The notes under the pieces are model-generated. The model ran no database searches. It saw only the letters and a program-made list of their open reading frames with translations, and was not told the DNA's origin. DNA of 64,000 bases from a virus (taxonomy: Duplodnaviria > Caudoviricetes). Location: positions 13,898-77,897 of IMG/VR virus record IMGVR_UViG_3300032007_000065; one strand, given 5' to 3'. The position numbers were made by a program, and so were the translations under genes. How positions within the stretch are numbered: position 1 is the stretch's first letter; every line of letters begins with the position of its first letter. Positions 33,817 through 43,439 of the stretch are shown here, piece after piece.

Positions 33817-34185
33817 ATGGCGAAGACGAATCCAACGTTCGAAGAGTTTATGGACAGATGGTCCAATAAGGTCTTTCGCAAACGGATCACCGCCTTCTAT
33901 CGATTCGCCATTGAACGATCGCTGAATCTCGGAAACGGTTCGAACTGCACCGTGTCAGTGCCGGAGAATCTGGATCCGAAGTTCGTCTACAACTACTTCT
34001 ACGGGAATCCGCTACGGCTCGATGCCAAATCGGACCAGGTTACTTTCTGGGACGACGTCGCATCGAGACCGTACGGGTCAATCCCGATTTGTAAGGAGGA
34101 CTGGTATGGACTTCTTTGCATACATCAGAACGACTCTCGGAGACGATATCAGTTTCGACGAGTTCATGGCGCAGTGGTTGAATGA
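33817..34185 (+). CDS. hypothetical protein, tandem paralog 1
   Basis: AAGGAGG SD; similar to the next ORF. Confidence 0.65.
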   Translation: MAKTNPTFEEFMDRWSNKVFRKRITAFYRFAIERSLNLGNGSNCTVSVPENLDPKFVYNYFYGNPLRLDAKSDQVTFWDDVASRPYGSIPICKEDWYGLLCIHQNDSRRRYQFRRVHGAVVE

Positions 34186-34417
34186 ATCCATTCGCCGCAG
34201 TCTCATCGACTGTTACCGCAGTGATCTGACAGCGGCACTGGAGGTCTTCCGAGACTCTCAGTTCAAGTATTCGGTGCCGGAGAATCCGAATCCGAAGCTC
34301 ATCTACAACTACTTCTACGGGAGTCCGTTGCAACTCAATGCCGACGAAGACCAGAGCTTCTTCTGGGACGACGTCGCATCGAGACCGTATGTGACGATCC
34401 CGAACCTACAACGTTAA
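34106..34417 (+). CDS. hypothetical protein, tandem paralog 2
   Basis: AAGGAGG SD, ATG 34106; shares SVPEN..YNYFYG..FWDDVASRPY with paralog 1. Confidence 0.7.
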   Translation: MDFFAYIRTTLGDDISFDEFMAQWLNESIRRSLIDCYRSDLTAALEVFRDSQFKYSVPENPNPKLIYNYFYGSPLQLNADEDQSFFWDDVASRPYVTIPNLQR

Positions 34418-34428
34418 CCGCATATCAT
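34418..34428 (+). promoter_or_regulatory. class A promoter motif CCGCATATCAT
   Basis: Upstream of sfsA. Confidence 0.5.
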
Positions 34429-34493
34429 ATGAACGGAGAGACCAGGACCATATCCCGGTCTCTCCGTCAGATTAAGTAAATGGAGGTGTTGTA

Positions 34494-35264
34494 TTGAACG
34501 AAAAGTATCAGTTCCAGGAGCCGCTCAGGAGAGGGACCATTCTCAAGAGGTTGACCCAGTTCACCATGCTGGTCGATATCGATGGTGTCGAGACCCGATG
34601 TCACTGTCCGTCGTCGACCAGAGTCGGGGACTTCGACAACGCCGATCTACCCTGTCTCTACTCCGTCAGCAGCGACCCGAAACGAAAGCTGCCCATTACC
34701 GTCGAAGCCATTTCCTGTAACGGCGGCGAGAAATGGGTCGGCATCAACATGACGAGATCGAACCGCATCGTCGAGCACTTTCTCAGGACCCATCAGCTCG
34801 ACGAAATGATCTCGGACTACGAAGACCAGGACGTGAAACGCGAACAGTGGCTCGGCATGTCGAAACTTGATTTCCTGGTCAAGGACACGTATCTCGAAGT
34901 CAAGACGCCGTGTATGTCCATCGACGTCAACTACGGACCTGATATCAAGGTCCAGAAACAGGCGCCACTCCACGACATCGACCGAATGCTGAAGCACTCG
35001 ACGACGTTGGCCAACTCACTCGAGAGTCACCAGAGGGCCATCTTCCTACAGGTACACCAGTACATTCCGGACGACATCCAGAGACCCCATCCAATAGTCC
35101 GTCACATCGACGACGTCATTCGGACGTTTCTCTATGCACTGGAGCACGGCGTCGAATGGTGGACACTCGACTGTGACTTTCGACCGGACGGTGTTTCGTT
35201 CCATCGAATTCGAAACACCAGCAGACAGAACATCGAAGAACTACGAGAAGAAGTGGAGGACTGA
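34494..35264 (+). CDS. sfsA: SfsA-family DNA/RNA nuclease-like protein
   Basis: RLTQF....ETRCHCPSSTR, WVGIN...N.IVEH, EQWLGMSKLDFL, YLEVK; GGAGGT SD, TTG start. Confidence 0.8.
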   Translation: MNEKYQFQEPLRRGTILKRLTQFTMLVDIDGVETRCHCPSSTRVGDFDNADLPCLYSVSSDPKRKLPITVEAISCNGGEKWVGINMTRSNRIVEHFLRTHQLDEMISDYEDQDVKREQWLGMSKLDFLVKDTYLEVKTPCMSIDVNYGPDIKVQKQAPLHDIDRMLKHSTTLANSLESHQRAIFLQVHQYIPDDIQRPHPIVRHIDDVIRTFLYALEHGVEWWTLDCDFRPDGVSFHRIRNTSRQNIEELREEVED

Positions 35265-35267
35265 TAT

Positions 35268-35495
35268 ATGTCAAAAGAAGATATGATTGAACTCGAGGGC
35301 ACGGTCATCGACAAGCTGCCCGGAGGAAAGTTCAAAGTGAAGGCGAAGCTCGGCGACACCGAGATTGAAACGGTCTGTCAGCCGTCGGGCAAGCTCCGCA
35401 CCAACTACATCAGGATTCTCATCGGAGACCGCGTCAACGTCGACGTGTCTCCCTATGACCTGAGCAAGGGTCGCATCACCTGGAGGTACAAGTGA
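35268..35495 (+). CDS. infA: translation initiation factor IF-1
   Basis: [60 protein letters not shown]. Confidence 0.97.
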   Translation: MSKEDMIELEGTVIDKLPGGKFKVKAKLGDTEIETVCQPSGKLRTNYIRILIGDRVNVDVSPYDLSKGRITWRYK

Positions 35496-35866
35496 TGGGC
35501 GCGCCGGAGAAGAGTTCCGACCTCTACAGTCGGATGTTCCTGCGGTCCATCGCCCAGTGGTACCTCGGCGGCACCATTCTGAGCTACGACGTCATCGACG
35601 ACCAGCCGATTGTCGATGGTGGGCCCTACGACCGCATCACCACTGTCGCCGTGACGAGAATCCACAGCATCGACTGGCAGAAGTTCCGGACGTCGTCATA
35701 CCTGGTCGTCCAGACCGTCGAATACAATTCGACCACCGGCAAAGCAGTCTTCGAAGTCCGTGAGCAGGACACGCCGGACATTTCTGGTGGCAACTACGAT
35801 CGTATACGCTACTCGCCGCAGATCGGATTCTTCTACAGCATTGGCGACGACGACGATGACGATTAA
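35495..35866 (+). CDS. hypothetical protein
   Basis: Translationally coupled to infA; GGAGGT SD. Confidence 0.65.
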   Translation: MGAPEKSSDLYSRMFLRSIAQWYLGGTILSYDVIDDQPIVDGGPYDRITTVAVTRIHSIDWQKFRTSSYLVVQTVEYNSTTGKAVFEVREQDTPDISGGNYDRIRYSPQIGFFYSIGDDDDDD

Positions 35867-35877
35867 GGAGGTAACTC

Positions 35878-36240
35878 ATGAAACAGAAGAACGGTCACAC
35901 CATCGAGACACTTCGAGACTACACCATGCTGAGTCAGATTGTCGACTCACTGGCCAGGACTTGCTTTCCCGCCAACGTCGACCCGAATGACATCGACCGT
36001 CATTGGTCAGCATCGGAAATCGACGTGAAAACTGTCACCGCCACCGTCGGAATCAAGCCGGAGGACGCCAACGTCATCGGAATCCTGCTGTTGACGACGC
36101 TCAAGTGGAATGGCCAGATCCGGCGCTTCAGCTACTACATCATGGCCATCGAAGGCTCCGACCGACTCTTCATGATACAGGCACCGGATACCACCAGTGG
36201 CATCGTCTCCGTTGACATGGACATCGAAGCTGCAGACTGA
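35878..36240 (+). CDS. hypothetical protein
   Basis: AAGGAGGT SD. Confidence 0.7.
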   Translation: MKQKNGHTIETLRDYTMLSQIVDSLARTCFPANVDPNDIDRHWSASEIDVKTVTATVGIKPEDANVIGILLLTTLKWNGQIRRFSYYIMAIEGSDRLFMIQAPDTTSGIVSVDMDIEAAD

Positions 36241-36267
36241 ACGCAGAAAGAAAGGATGATCCAAAAC

Positions 36268-37425
36268 ATGAAGAAACCCATTGTGCTGACCATCGACGGC
36301 ATCGATGGCTCGGGCAAAGCAACGATAACGGAATGCATCATCGACCACATTCGTGACAGCGGCCACAGTGTCACGTCCGTCAGTTTCCCGGACTATCTCA
36401 GTCCGACTGGCCAGGCCATCTCGGAGTACCTTGGCAACGGATACGGCCAGTCGAATAACCGGACAGCGGCAGCGACACTCTACAGTGCCGACCGGAACCG
36501 CTACTGGATGAATAACTTCTGGCGTCTCTTCGGCAGCGGCGGCTACGACTATGTCGTCCTGAATCGAAACTGGATGGCCAACATCTTCTTCCATACGGCG
36601 CTTCTGACGGCGAAGGCAACCGAACTCAATGCCGTCGAGCAGAAGTACAAACTGAGCTACTGGATGCCGGCCATGACACTGGCCGAATGGTACCACCTGT
36701 TGAAGGCTGCCGGAATGATCATGACGGACCGACTCTGGTCGGAGCAGTACATCCGGAACTTCATCGACTCCCTTCCGACAGAGACCAGCCTCGACGGTGC
36801 CCGCATCGGCATAAACGGCGGTATGAAACGAGCCTTCGATAAGAAGCTGACGGCGTACGAGTACCTGACTAAGGTGTCGATGACGGCCAATGTTGAGTTT
36901 CCGAATTCTGCTGCGGAGAACGGCTTCGAAGTCAAGACCATCGACCATCCGCTCATCCACGAGAACTGGGAGGAAATTCTTCAGGCATACAAGATGAACC
37001 GAATCAATACCGTCCGCATCATGATGCTGACGATGTTCCAATCGGAGATCATGCCGTGGTTCGGAAACGAAGACTTCGAATTCCGGACCGTCGTGCTGTC
37101 ATCGTCGAGACCGAGCCATTCGCAGCAGCTGTTCCGCAAGAACCTGCTGAAGCGCTACAACGGAGATGCGTCGAAGCTCGACGTCCACGAACAGTCCGGC
37201 GACTATCTCGGATCTGTCGTCGAGAACGTGGCCTTCATCAAAGAGAACATGCCGGAGATCCTGTCGATCGATGGCATCTTCCGCGCCCTGCTGCCGCAGT
37301 CGACGGGTCTCATGAAGTACTTCGACTACGACGTCATCAACATCGACGCCGGCTACGACGATCCGATACTCCGTACTCTCGACGACGAAGTCGCCGAGAC
37401 CATTGAGAAACTTCGGCTCGACTGA
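36268..37425 (+). CDS. tmk: thymidylate-kinase-like protein with large insertion
   Basis: P-loop IDGIDGSGKAT, FPDY.SPTG..I.EYL, LYSADR; about twice the usual TMK length. Confidence 0.65.
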   Translation: MKKPIVLTIDGIDGSGKATITECIIDHIRDSGHSVTSVSFPDYLSPTGQAISEYLGNGYGQSNNRTAAATLYSADRNRYWMNNFWRLFGSGGYDYVVLNRNWMANIFFHTALLTAKATELNAVEQKYKLSYWMPAMTLAEWYHLLKAAGMIMTDRLWSEQYIRNFIDSLPTETSLDGARIGINGGMKRAFDKKLTAYEYLTKVSMTANVEFPNSAAENGFEVKTIDHPLIHENWEEILQAYKMNRINTVRIMMLTMFQSEIMPWFGNEDFEFRTVVLSSSRPSHSQQLFRKNLLKRYNGDASKLDVHEQSGDYLGSVVENVAFIKENMPEILSIDGIFRALLPQSTGLMKYFDYDVINIDAGYDDPILRTLDDEVAETIEKLRLD

Positions 37426-37435
37426 GAGTCGAGAC

Positions 37436-37467
37436 AAAAAGAAAAGAGCTCGCGCTCTTTTCTTTTT
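37436..37467. terminator. bidirectional intrinsic terminator
   Basis: AAAAAGAAAAGAGC-TCGC-GCTCTTTTCTTTTT. Confidence 0.85.
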
Positions 37468-37483
37468 GGTGTCCGGATACCGG

Positions 37484-38437
37484 TCATTGACGGATGACCA
37501 CCGGGTCGTCGTCGGGATGCTGGCGCTCATCCCAGGTCTTCTCGAGATGCATCATGACCTCACGGGCAACGGCTCGGGTCGAGAAACTTGCTGTGAACTT
37601 TCCCGGATGGACAAAGGTGACCTTGTCGCCAAAGGTCTCCTTCATCCAGTTGATGTCCTGGTCTGTCAGGGCGTCGCGATTCTCGCCGAAGATTCGGGCT
37701 GAGTAGATCTGCCAGCCGCCTCTGAGGGACGGATACATAGCCCAGGCGAACGACGCGTTCTTGAAGCGACGGAACGTCGGTACGAATTCGGCGTACCTGT
37801 CGAGCTCAATGAAGTGACGGATGCCCTGGTCGAGAGACTTCCTAATGGCGGCCTCCACCAGCTCGTCAGCTTCTGTGTCGTGCTTGATGTGGTCGATGGT
37901 CCGTTCAATGTAGTCTCGGGCCAGCGCGACTGCTGCCATGAAACGACTGAACTGGACACCGCTGGAGTTGTCTTCGTACCAGCTACCGTTCATCGACGAG
38001 ATGAAGTCACTCAGCATGTTCGGTGCACCACCCCAGAGCTTTCCGACGCAGTCGGTGTAGTCAATGGGGACGCAGATGCGCCGATCGAATCTCTGATATT
38101 CGTCGTCCGACATAAGATAGTCGTGATATGCTCTGACAATCTTGCCGAACGACGAATACGGTTCATCGTGAGGGTCGCGCATTGGGCGCGGCGGTCGCTT
38201 CTCGACGGTCTCCGGCGTATGGTGGTCGAATTCACCACCACCGATGTCGAAGACGACGTAGTTCAGCGATGCAAATAGTCTCGGGTCATGGAGCTTCGCC
38301 GCTTCAACGTCATTCGTCCGCAGGACAGTGATGCGACTGTTGATCAACTGCAGGAAGGCACATGCGCAGACGTCATCGGCATGGAAAATTCCTGCGTGGG
38401 TGACGGCCAACTCAGGAAACGGCATCAAATGATCCAT
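37484..38437 (-). CDS. MYG1-family (UPF0160) DHH-like exonuclease
   Basis: THAGIFHADDV, VFDIGGGEFDHH, FVHPGKF. Confidence 0.88.
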   Translation of the reverse strand: MDHLMPFPELAVTHAGIFHADDVCACAFLQLINSRITVLRTNDVEAAKLHDPRLFASLNYVVFDIGGGEFDHHTPETVEKRPPRPMRDPHDEPYSSFGKIVRAYHDYLMSDDEYQRFDRRICVPIDYTDCVGKLWGGAPNMLSDFISSMNGSWYEDNSSGVQFSRFMAAVALARDYIERTIDHIKHDTEADELVEAAIRKSLDQGIRHFIELDRYAEFVPTFRRFKNASFAWAMYPSLRGGWQIYSARIFGENRDALTDQDINWMKETFGDKVTFVHPGKFTASFSTRAVAREVMMHLEKTWDERQHPDDDPVVIRQ

Positions 38438-38966
38438 TGTGGTTTCTCCTTTCGAAATCTAATTTGGTCAAGTGATATACATATTTCTCATTGGGGTGAT
38501 TCTCGTGGAGCACCCAGTAGCCGAAGCCGTTCCGAAGCGGCTTGAAGCCGAGCTTCTCGTAGAAGCCGTCGAGACTGGTGCATAGGTAAATGTGGCCGAT
38601 CTTTCGACGGGCCGATTCGTGGAAGATGAAGTTGCCGACGCAGTCGACGAGGCCACTAGCAATGCCACGGTTCCGGTACGCCGGATCGACGTAGAGCGAT
38701 GACACGACCGGATAGAGCGGTCGGCTGGCAACGGCGGGATTGTCAACCGATATGGCCATGACGGCGCCGACTGCGGTGTCTCCATCGGCTGCGATGTACA
38801 TCTGAGGCAGCCAGTTTTCTCTGGCCATTCGAAGGGCGCCGTCGACGACCGTCAGTGCATGGTCCATGTCGAAGCCCTCTTCCTCCATGTACCAGTCGAA
38901 CCAGAGCTTCGCAATCGATTGACGAAACCTGTCATCGGGATTCGCCATGTATCTGATTTCAGACAT
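38412..38966 (-). CDS. GNAT acetyltransferase
   Basis: VSSLYVDPAYRNRGIASGLV..FYEKLGF. Confidence 0.85.
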   Translation of the reverse strand: MSEIRYMANPDDRFRQSIAKLWFDWYMEEEGFDMDHALTVVDGALRMARENWLPQMYIAADGDTAVGAVMAISVDNPAVASRPLYPVVSSLYVDPAYRNRGIASGLVDCVGNFIFHESARRKIGHIYLCTSLDGFYEKLGFKPLRNGFGYWVLHENHPNEKYVYHLTKLDFERRNHNGSFDAVS

Positions 38967-39027
38967 AGAAAGACTCCTTTCTCAGTTTCATCGTAATGAT
39001 ATGTGGCTGAGAAAGGAGTCTTTTACG

Positions 39028-39825
39028 TCAGGCATTGACCAGGCATGTGGCCCTGGTGCCGTCGTCGAGAAACTTCTGTGTCGAGTAGCGGAGCCGGAAC
39101 CGAATCCGGTTTCCGTCGACGGCGACGTCCTTGAGCCAGAGCGGATACCGAAGCTTCAGCATTTCGGCGAGATCGCTGCCGACCGGCTGCAGAGCAGCTA
39201 CAATGTTCGGATCGTCACTTCGACTGAACCGAATGTTGTCGAGTCGGTCCTTCGACGGAATGATCTCGAGTTTCGATTCAAAGTAGTCCTTCGGCAGTTC
39301 CTGACCGTCCTGGTCTGCGGGCGCCAGGCAGCTCCTGAAGCTGTCCCTCAGAGACCGGGTCTCCGGAATGACGTCGTTTCTATTGGGATCCGAAAGCGAT
39401 CGATTGTAGAGGTTCGTCAGGTACCGGTAGCTAAAGTCGAAGGCTCGACTTCCAATGATCTTCTTCAGCATCTTCTCCGCATAGCTGCAGACGCTGCTGT
39501 AGACCTTCTCCGGAGAATCGTCGCTGAACTTCTGGAGCAGCTCCGGCGGCTGGTCCAGCAGCCAGTTCGAGTCGATGTCGTAGAATCTGGCGGCCTGGAA
39601 CACCTGTTGGGCGAGACAGTTCTTGTCCATGTAGGCTCGAGCAGAAATGGCTTCGTCGACGACTTTTCGGAAGTCGTCTCCGGACCAGTCTCTGTAGAGG
39701 TCCGGGCGGTCGTAGATGTTGCTCGCAATGAGCACCGACCAGACCCAGATGTTTTCGTTTCCGCGGTTGCAGGAGGCGTCGAATGCCTCCATTGCATAGA
39801 GTTCAAAGTTGTCAATGTGACCCAT
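39028..39825 (-). CDS. hypothetical protein
   Basis: Co-oriented long ORF with typical codon usage. Confidence 0.7.
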   Translation of the reverse strand: MGHIDNFELYAMEAFDASCNRGNENIWVWSVLIASNIYDRPDLYRDWSGDDFRKVVDEAISARAYMDKNCLAQQVFQAARFYDIDSNWLLDQPPELLQKFSDDSPEKVYSSVCSYAEKMLKKIIGSRAFDFSYRYLTNLYNRSLSDPNRNDVIPETRSLRDSFRSCLAPADQDGQELPKDYFESKLEIIPSKDRLDNIRFSRSDDPNIVAALQPVGSDLAEMLKLRYPLWLKDVAVDGNRIRFRLRYSTQKFLDDGTRATCLVNA

Positions 39826-39894
39826 GGAGCCACCTTCTTTCAAGTGATTACATGAATGTCGACTGCCTCAGAAGTCAGCAAACTACGGCCCCTG

Positions 39895-39906
39895 AACGAT
39901 CCCATA
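39895..39906 (+). promoter_or_regulatory. class B-like promoter motif AACG-N6-TA
   Basis: AACG ATCCCA TA about 30 nt upstream of ATG 39939. Confidence 0.45.
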
Positions 39907-39938
39907 ATCTGATTCTAAAAGAAAGGAGGGTCTGCGGT

Positions 39939-42854
39939 ATGGCAGTTGATCTGACCATGAGGACCTGCGGCAGCTGCAGTCACGCAAGTGTCTGTCCGAA
40001 TCGCGACGTCTTCATGAAGTTCTTCGAAAACCGCAATGCTCTCTTATGCAGAACCGGTGGCGACTCGAACGGCGAGACCGGCTACATCGACACGTCGAAA
40101 CAGGTGTCGATCCGAGTCGAACACCGATATCTCAATGGCCCCGGCCTTGAGAAGCTCTACCACGATCTGGGACTCATGAGCGGGGACTGGTCTCCCTGTC
40201 TTTCGGCAACGTACTCCGGCTGCCCGTTCCAGAGAGTTTGGCATCATCCATTCGATGCGCCGATCTATGCACCGTTTCCGCACCCTGCCGGCTACATCGA
40301 GCCCCTCTGTCAGGAGGCTCGTGACATTCATGGTCATCGGCTCCAGTTCCATGCGCCGAAGTCTCCCGGGACCATCAATACGTACCCGACGATTCCCCAG
40401 GTCAACAACTGGTGGAACTGCAGCTCCTGCCTCCACCACGGCGAATGCAGCGACGCCAACGACTACGCCAGACTCGGTGGCACCGTCTACTCGGTCTTCG
40501 GCGTCGAATACAAGACCTTCAACATTGGCGACACCGTCATGACGGCCGATATCGACACGCCGGCAACGGTACTGCCCGGCTACAGTCGTTCCGACAGAAC
40601 ACCGGAGACGTTCCAGGTCACCGGCGAGGACGACGTGCTGATTCTCTACTATGAGACCGAAAAGAAGGATCCGGAGAAACCGGTGTACCAGTACCTGACG
40701 CTCAAGGAGATTGAGGAGAAGGGACTCATGCACACGGCGGAGCTATTCTTCAACGACAAGTCGTTCTTCTATCCGTCCATCGACCCGACGGTGAATCCAG
40801 ATCGCAAGATGGACGTCTATCTCGACGGCGTCGTCTGTGGTCCCATCAACCGTATGAACGAAGACGGCACTGCTGCCTGCGTCACCGGCGACTACATCCG
40901 TCTGTCGAAGGTCAACGACGAGATGGCTCTGTTGTACACCAACGACGGTATGGCCATCGACACCAAGAACCTGGAGTTGATCGGCGCCTACGCCGGCAAG
41001 ATGCTGGCCATCGACGACGAGGCCATCGAAATCTCCGGCAAGTATCCGGTGAAACCCGAATCCATCGACAAGGGCAACTATCGGAAGTTCCGTGTCGCCG
41101 AGGGCGACCGCATCATGATTCGCTACGTGCTCGATCCGAAGTATCGGCTCGATCTCGACACCATGCGGATCATGAACTATGGCATCGACCTGAAGCTGGC
41201 TTCGAACCGTATCACGACGACGAAGGCCGGCAAGCGTTACACCGAAGAGATCCTTCTCGTCGACTGCCCGAATGGTGACTTTGTCATTCAGACGGCACTC
41301 GTCAACGTCGACTTCTTCAATGACCCGGCGAACTTCGTTCCAATCAACTACATCGAAAACTGGGATTCGTTCCAGATCGGCTGGAACTACCATTCGACGG
41401 AGGTCATCAACGACACGGTAGCTCTGACTGCTTGGCAGCCCATTGCACCGAGACGTTGGCCGGAAGCCATGGTTCACGATGACACACCGGCGTATCCGAC
41501 GGATCTGCCGCAGGAGGACGAGACCCAGATTGTCCGTCCGTATTTTAGACTGCTCGGCTACACGCAGGACGCCAACAAGCGCTACCACTACGTGCCGAAC
41601 GTCGAAGTCTGGCCGGCCCATCGGGCCACCTATCCGGCCTTTGCTCGATTCTTGAAGACTGAGACTTTCAAGGACTCGACATACTGGGCCATGTGGGCTC
41701 TGCAGTTGCAGCAGCTGGCCATTCAGATGCACGGCTGCTTCAATGACATCAGTGAAGAGACCGTCGGACCCGACATCAGTCGAGTCATCGACACCTACGT
41801 CTCCAACTATCTGGTCGCCGACGACGGCACCGAACTTCCGGAGTTCGAGATGAAGGAGACCCGTGGCTGGGAGAAGGCGATGGTGGTGCTGCCGTACCAG
41901 CCGGACATCAAGACCTGGTTCGCCGAGAACTTCGTCAAGACCAGTCACTGGCCGGACAACTTTGAAGTGAAGGTCATCGAGATCCCCATCGACATCGTCA
42001 AGGTCCAGAGCTACGATGCCTTCAACCACGAACTTGTCTCCTGGACACCGCTGCTGCGCGGCTTCGACGCCGACGGCAACTCTCGCATTCTCAACGACGA
42101 AGTCGTCGAGTCGACTGGTCTGACGAGACACTTTGCGGTGCTGGTCTATCCGGACAAACCGTACGGCTGTCACGTACTCTACCAAAGTCATCTGGCCATG
42201 CTGGTCGACGTCGTTCAACGGAAGAAGACGGTGACTCCGAATCTTATCTACGATGCGTCGTACATGCCAACGAGCTATCCGTACCGTCAGCCGAATCCGT
42301 CCGAAGCGAAGGCCTACCGCCTCGACGGCATCTTCCCGGAAGACGCTGAGAAAGTACAGCTGGCCTTCGACGAAGAAGGTGCCATGCATCTCGTCGGAGA
42401 CGCCGCCGGCTACTACGAACTCAGCCGGGAGTCCATTGTGTCGTACCAGCAGGCGGTGACCATCAACACCACCTACGACAATGCTCGAATCGACGAGACT
42501 CAGGAGGCCGAGATCGCATCCTTCGGAGGTGCCAACTTCGAGTTCGAGATTCCGGAGGGCCGTTCCCTGAAGGCTCTGGCCGTCAACGGAGTCACCATGT
42601 ACTCCGTCGCCGATGCCATGGTCGACGACAAGACCATCGTCACCGAGAACTACACGGCTCAGTTGACGCTGTCGAAGTCGAAGTTCATCGTGACACTGAC
42701 GAACGTCCGAATCGACGTGACCGTCGACGTGCTGATGCACATGGGCGACAACGGCACCGTAGAAGGCTGCTCTCGCTGCAGACCCTACGTCGACGTGACG
42801 CCCTACAGTTGGATCCAGTGGTATCCGACCTGTGACAACTTCACCGAATCCTAG
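39939..42854 (+). CDS. large hypothetical protein (possible virion protein) with Cys/His motifs
   Basis: GAAAGGAGG SD; CGSCSHASVC and CSSCLHHGEC repeats; beta-rich C-terminal region. Confidence 0.7.
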   Translation: MAVDLTMRTCGSCSHASVCPNRDVFMKFFENRNALLCRTGGDSNGETGYIDTSKQVSIRVEHRYLNGPGLEKLYHDLGLMSGDWSPCLSATYSGCPFQRVWHHPFDAPIYAPFPHPAGYIEPLCQEARDIHGHRLQFHAPKSPGTINTYPTIPQVNNWWNCSSCLHHGECSDANDYARLGGTVYSVFGVEYKTFNIGDTVMTADIDTPATVLPGYSRSDRTPETFQVTGEDDVLILYYETEKKDPEKPVYQYLTLKEIEEKGLMHTAELFFNDKSFFYPSIDPTVNPDRKMDVYLDGVVCGPINRMNEDGTAACVTGDYIRLSKVNDEMALLYTNDGMAIDTKNLELIGAYAGKMLAIDDEAIEISGKYPVKPESIDKGNYRKFRVAEGDRIMIRYVLDPKYRLDLDTMRIMNYGIDLKLASNRITTTKAGKRYTEEILLVDCPNGDFVIQTALVNVDFFNDPANFVPINYIENWDSFQIGWNYHSTEVINDTVALTAWQPIAPRRWPEAMVHDDTPAYPTDLPQEDETQIVRPYFRLLGYTQDANKRYHYVPNVEVWPAHRATYPAFARFLKTETFKDSTYWAMWALQLQQLAIQMHGCFNDISEETVGPDISRVIDTYVSNYLVADDGTELPEFEMKETRGWEKAMVVLPYQPDIKTWFAENFVKTSHWPDNFEVKVIEIPIDIVKVQSYDAFNHELVSWTPLLRGFDADGNSRILNDEVVESTGLTRHFAVLVYPDKPYGCHVLYQSHLAMLVDVVQRKKTVTPNLIYDASYMPTSYPYRQPNPSEAKAYRLDGIFPEDAEKVQLAFDEEGAMHLVGDAAGYYELSRESIVSYQQAVTINTTYDNARIDETQEAEIASFGGANFEFEIPEGRSLKALAVNGVTMYSVADAMVDDKTIVTENYTAQLTLSKSKFIVTLTNVRIDVTVDVLMHMGDNGTVEGCSRCRPYVDVTPYSWIQWYPTCDNFTES

Positions 42855-42860
42855 AACACA

Positions 42861-42900
42861 GCAAAACGCTCTTAGGCACGAAGCCTAAGAGCGCTTTGTT
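42861..42900. terminator. bidirectional terminator
   Basis: CGCTCTTAGGC-acgaa-GCCTAAGAGCG between convergent genes. Confidence 0.75.
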
Positions 42901-42923
42901 AAGCAATCTGAAATGAGAAAGAA

Positions 42924-43307
42924 TTAGAAATAGATAACAGTGCACGGAGAAAAGAAATAAGTAGTGCCGTAGTTATAAACATATGACTGTGTTACACCAG
43001 TTGAAGTCACTGTAAATGAGCACGAAATAGTTGCAATACTTGTACCATTGAAGTATACTATAGTACACGTGCCACTGCTTCCTGCCATAACAACACAGCC
43101 ACCATGTCCCGGATATATTGTAGCTCTAGAATCGGCATAGCATCCAGTACAAATGCAGACTGCTGCAGAAATACCAGTCGCATTGGATACGCATGTACGT
43201 GATGTAGAAGCTCGCTCTGAATAGCCATCGCAAGATACTGCACCAATAGTTGCAGCACTATTTCCACTCACGTCACTGTCGAATCTCAAAGCTAATCCTT
43301 CACTCAT
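42924..43307 (-). CDS. small AT-rich Ser/Thr/Cys-rich protein resembling the 10.7-13.4 kb cassettes
   Basis: Atypical codon usage; starts MSEGL; frame is also open upstream to 43382. Confidence 0.55.
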   Translation of the reverse strand: MSEGLALRFDSDVSGNSAATIGAVSCDGYSERASTSRTCVSNATGISAAVCICTGCYADSRATIYPGHGGCVVMAGSSGTCTIVYFNGTSIATISCSFTVTSTGVTQSYVYNYGTTYFFSPCTVIYF

Positions 43308-43404
43308 AGTAAAATACCCAATCAATGTCAGTTCAGTTCCACCATTCGCGCATGGCTTCCCTGAGCCTAGTCGATTTCGCATTTAGTTCGATGTCCTCCT
43401 TCAG

Positions 43405-43416
43405 CCGTATATCATT
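43405..43416 (+). promoter_or_regulatory. class A promoter motif CCGTATATCATT
   Basis: Upstream of the 43440 operon. Confidence 0.6.
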
Positions 43417-43439
43417 TCGATGTGAAAGGAGGCTCATAC

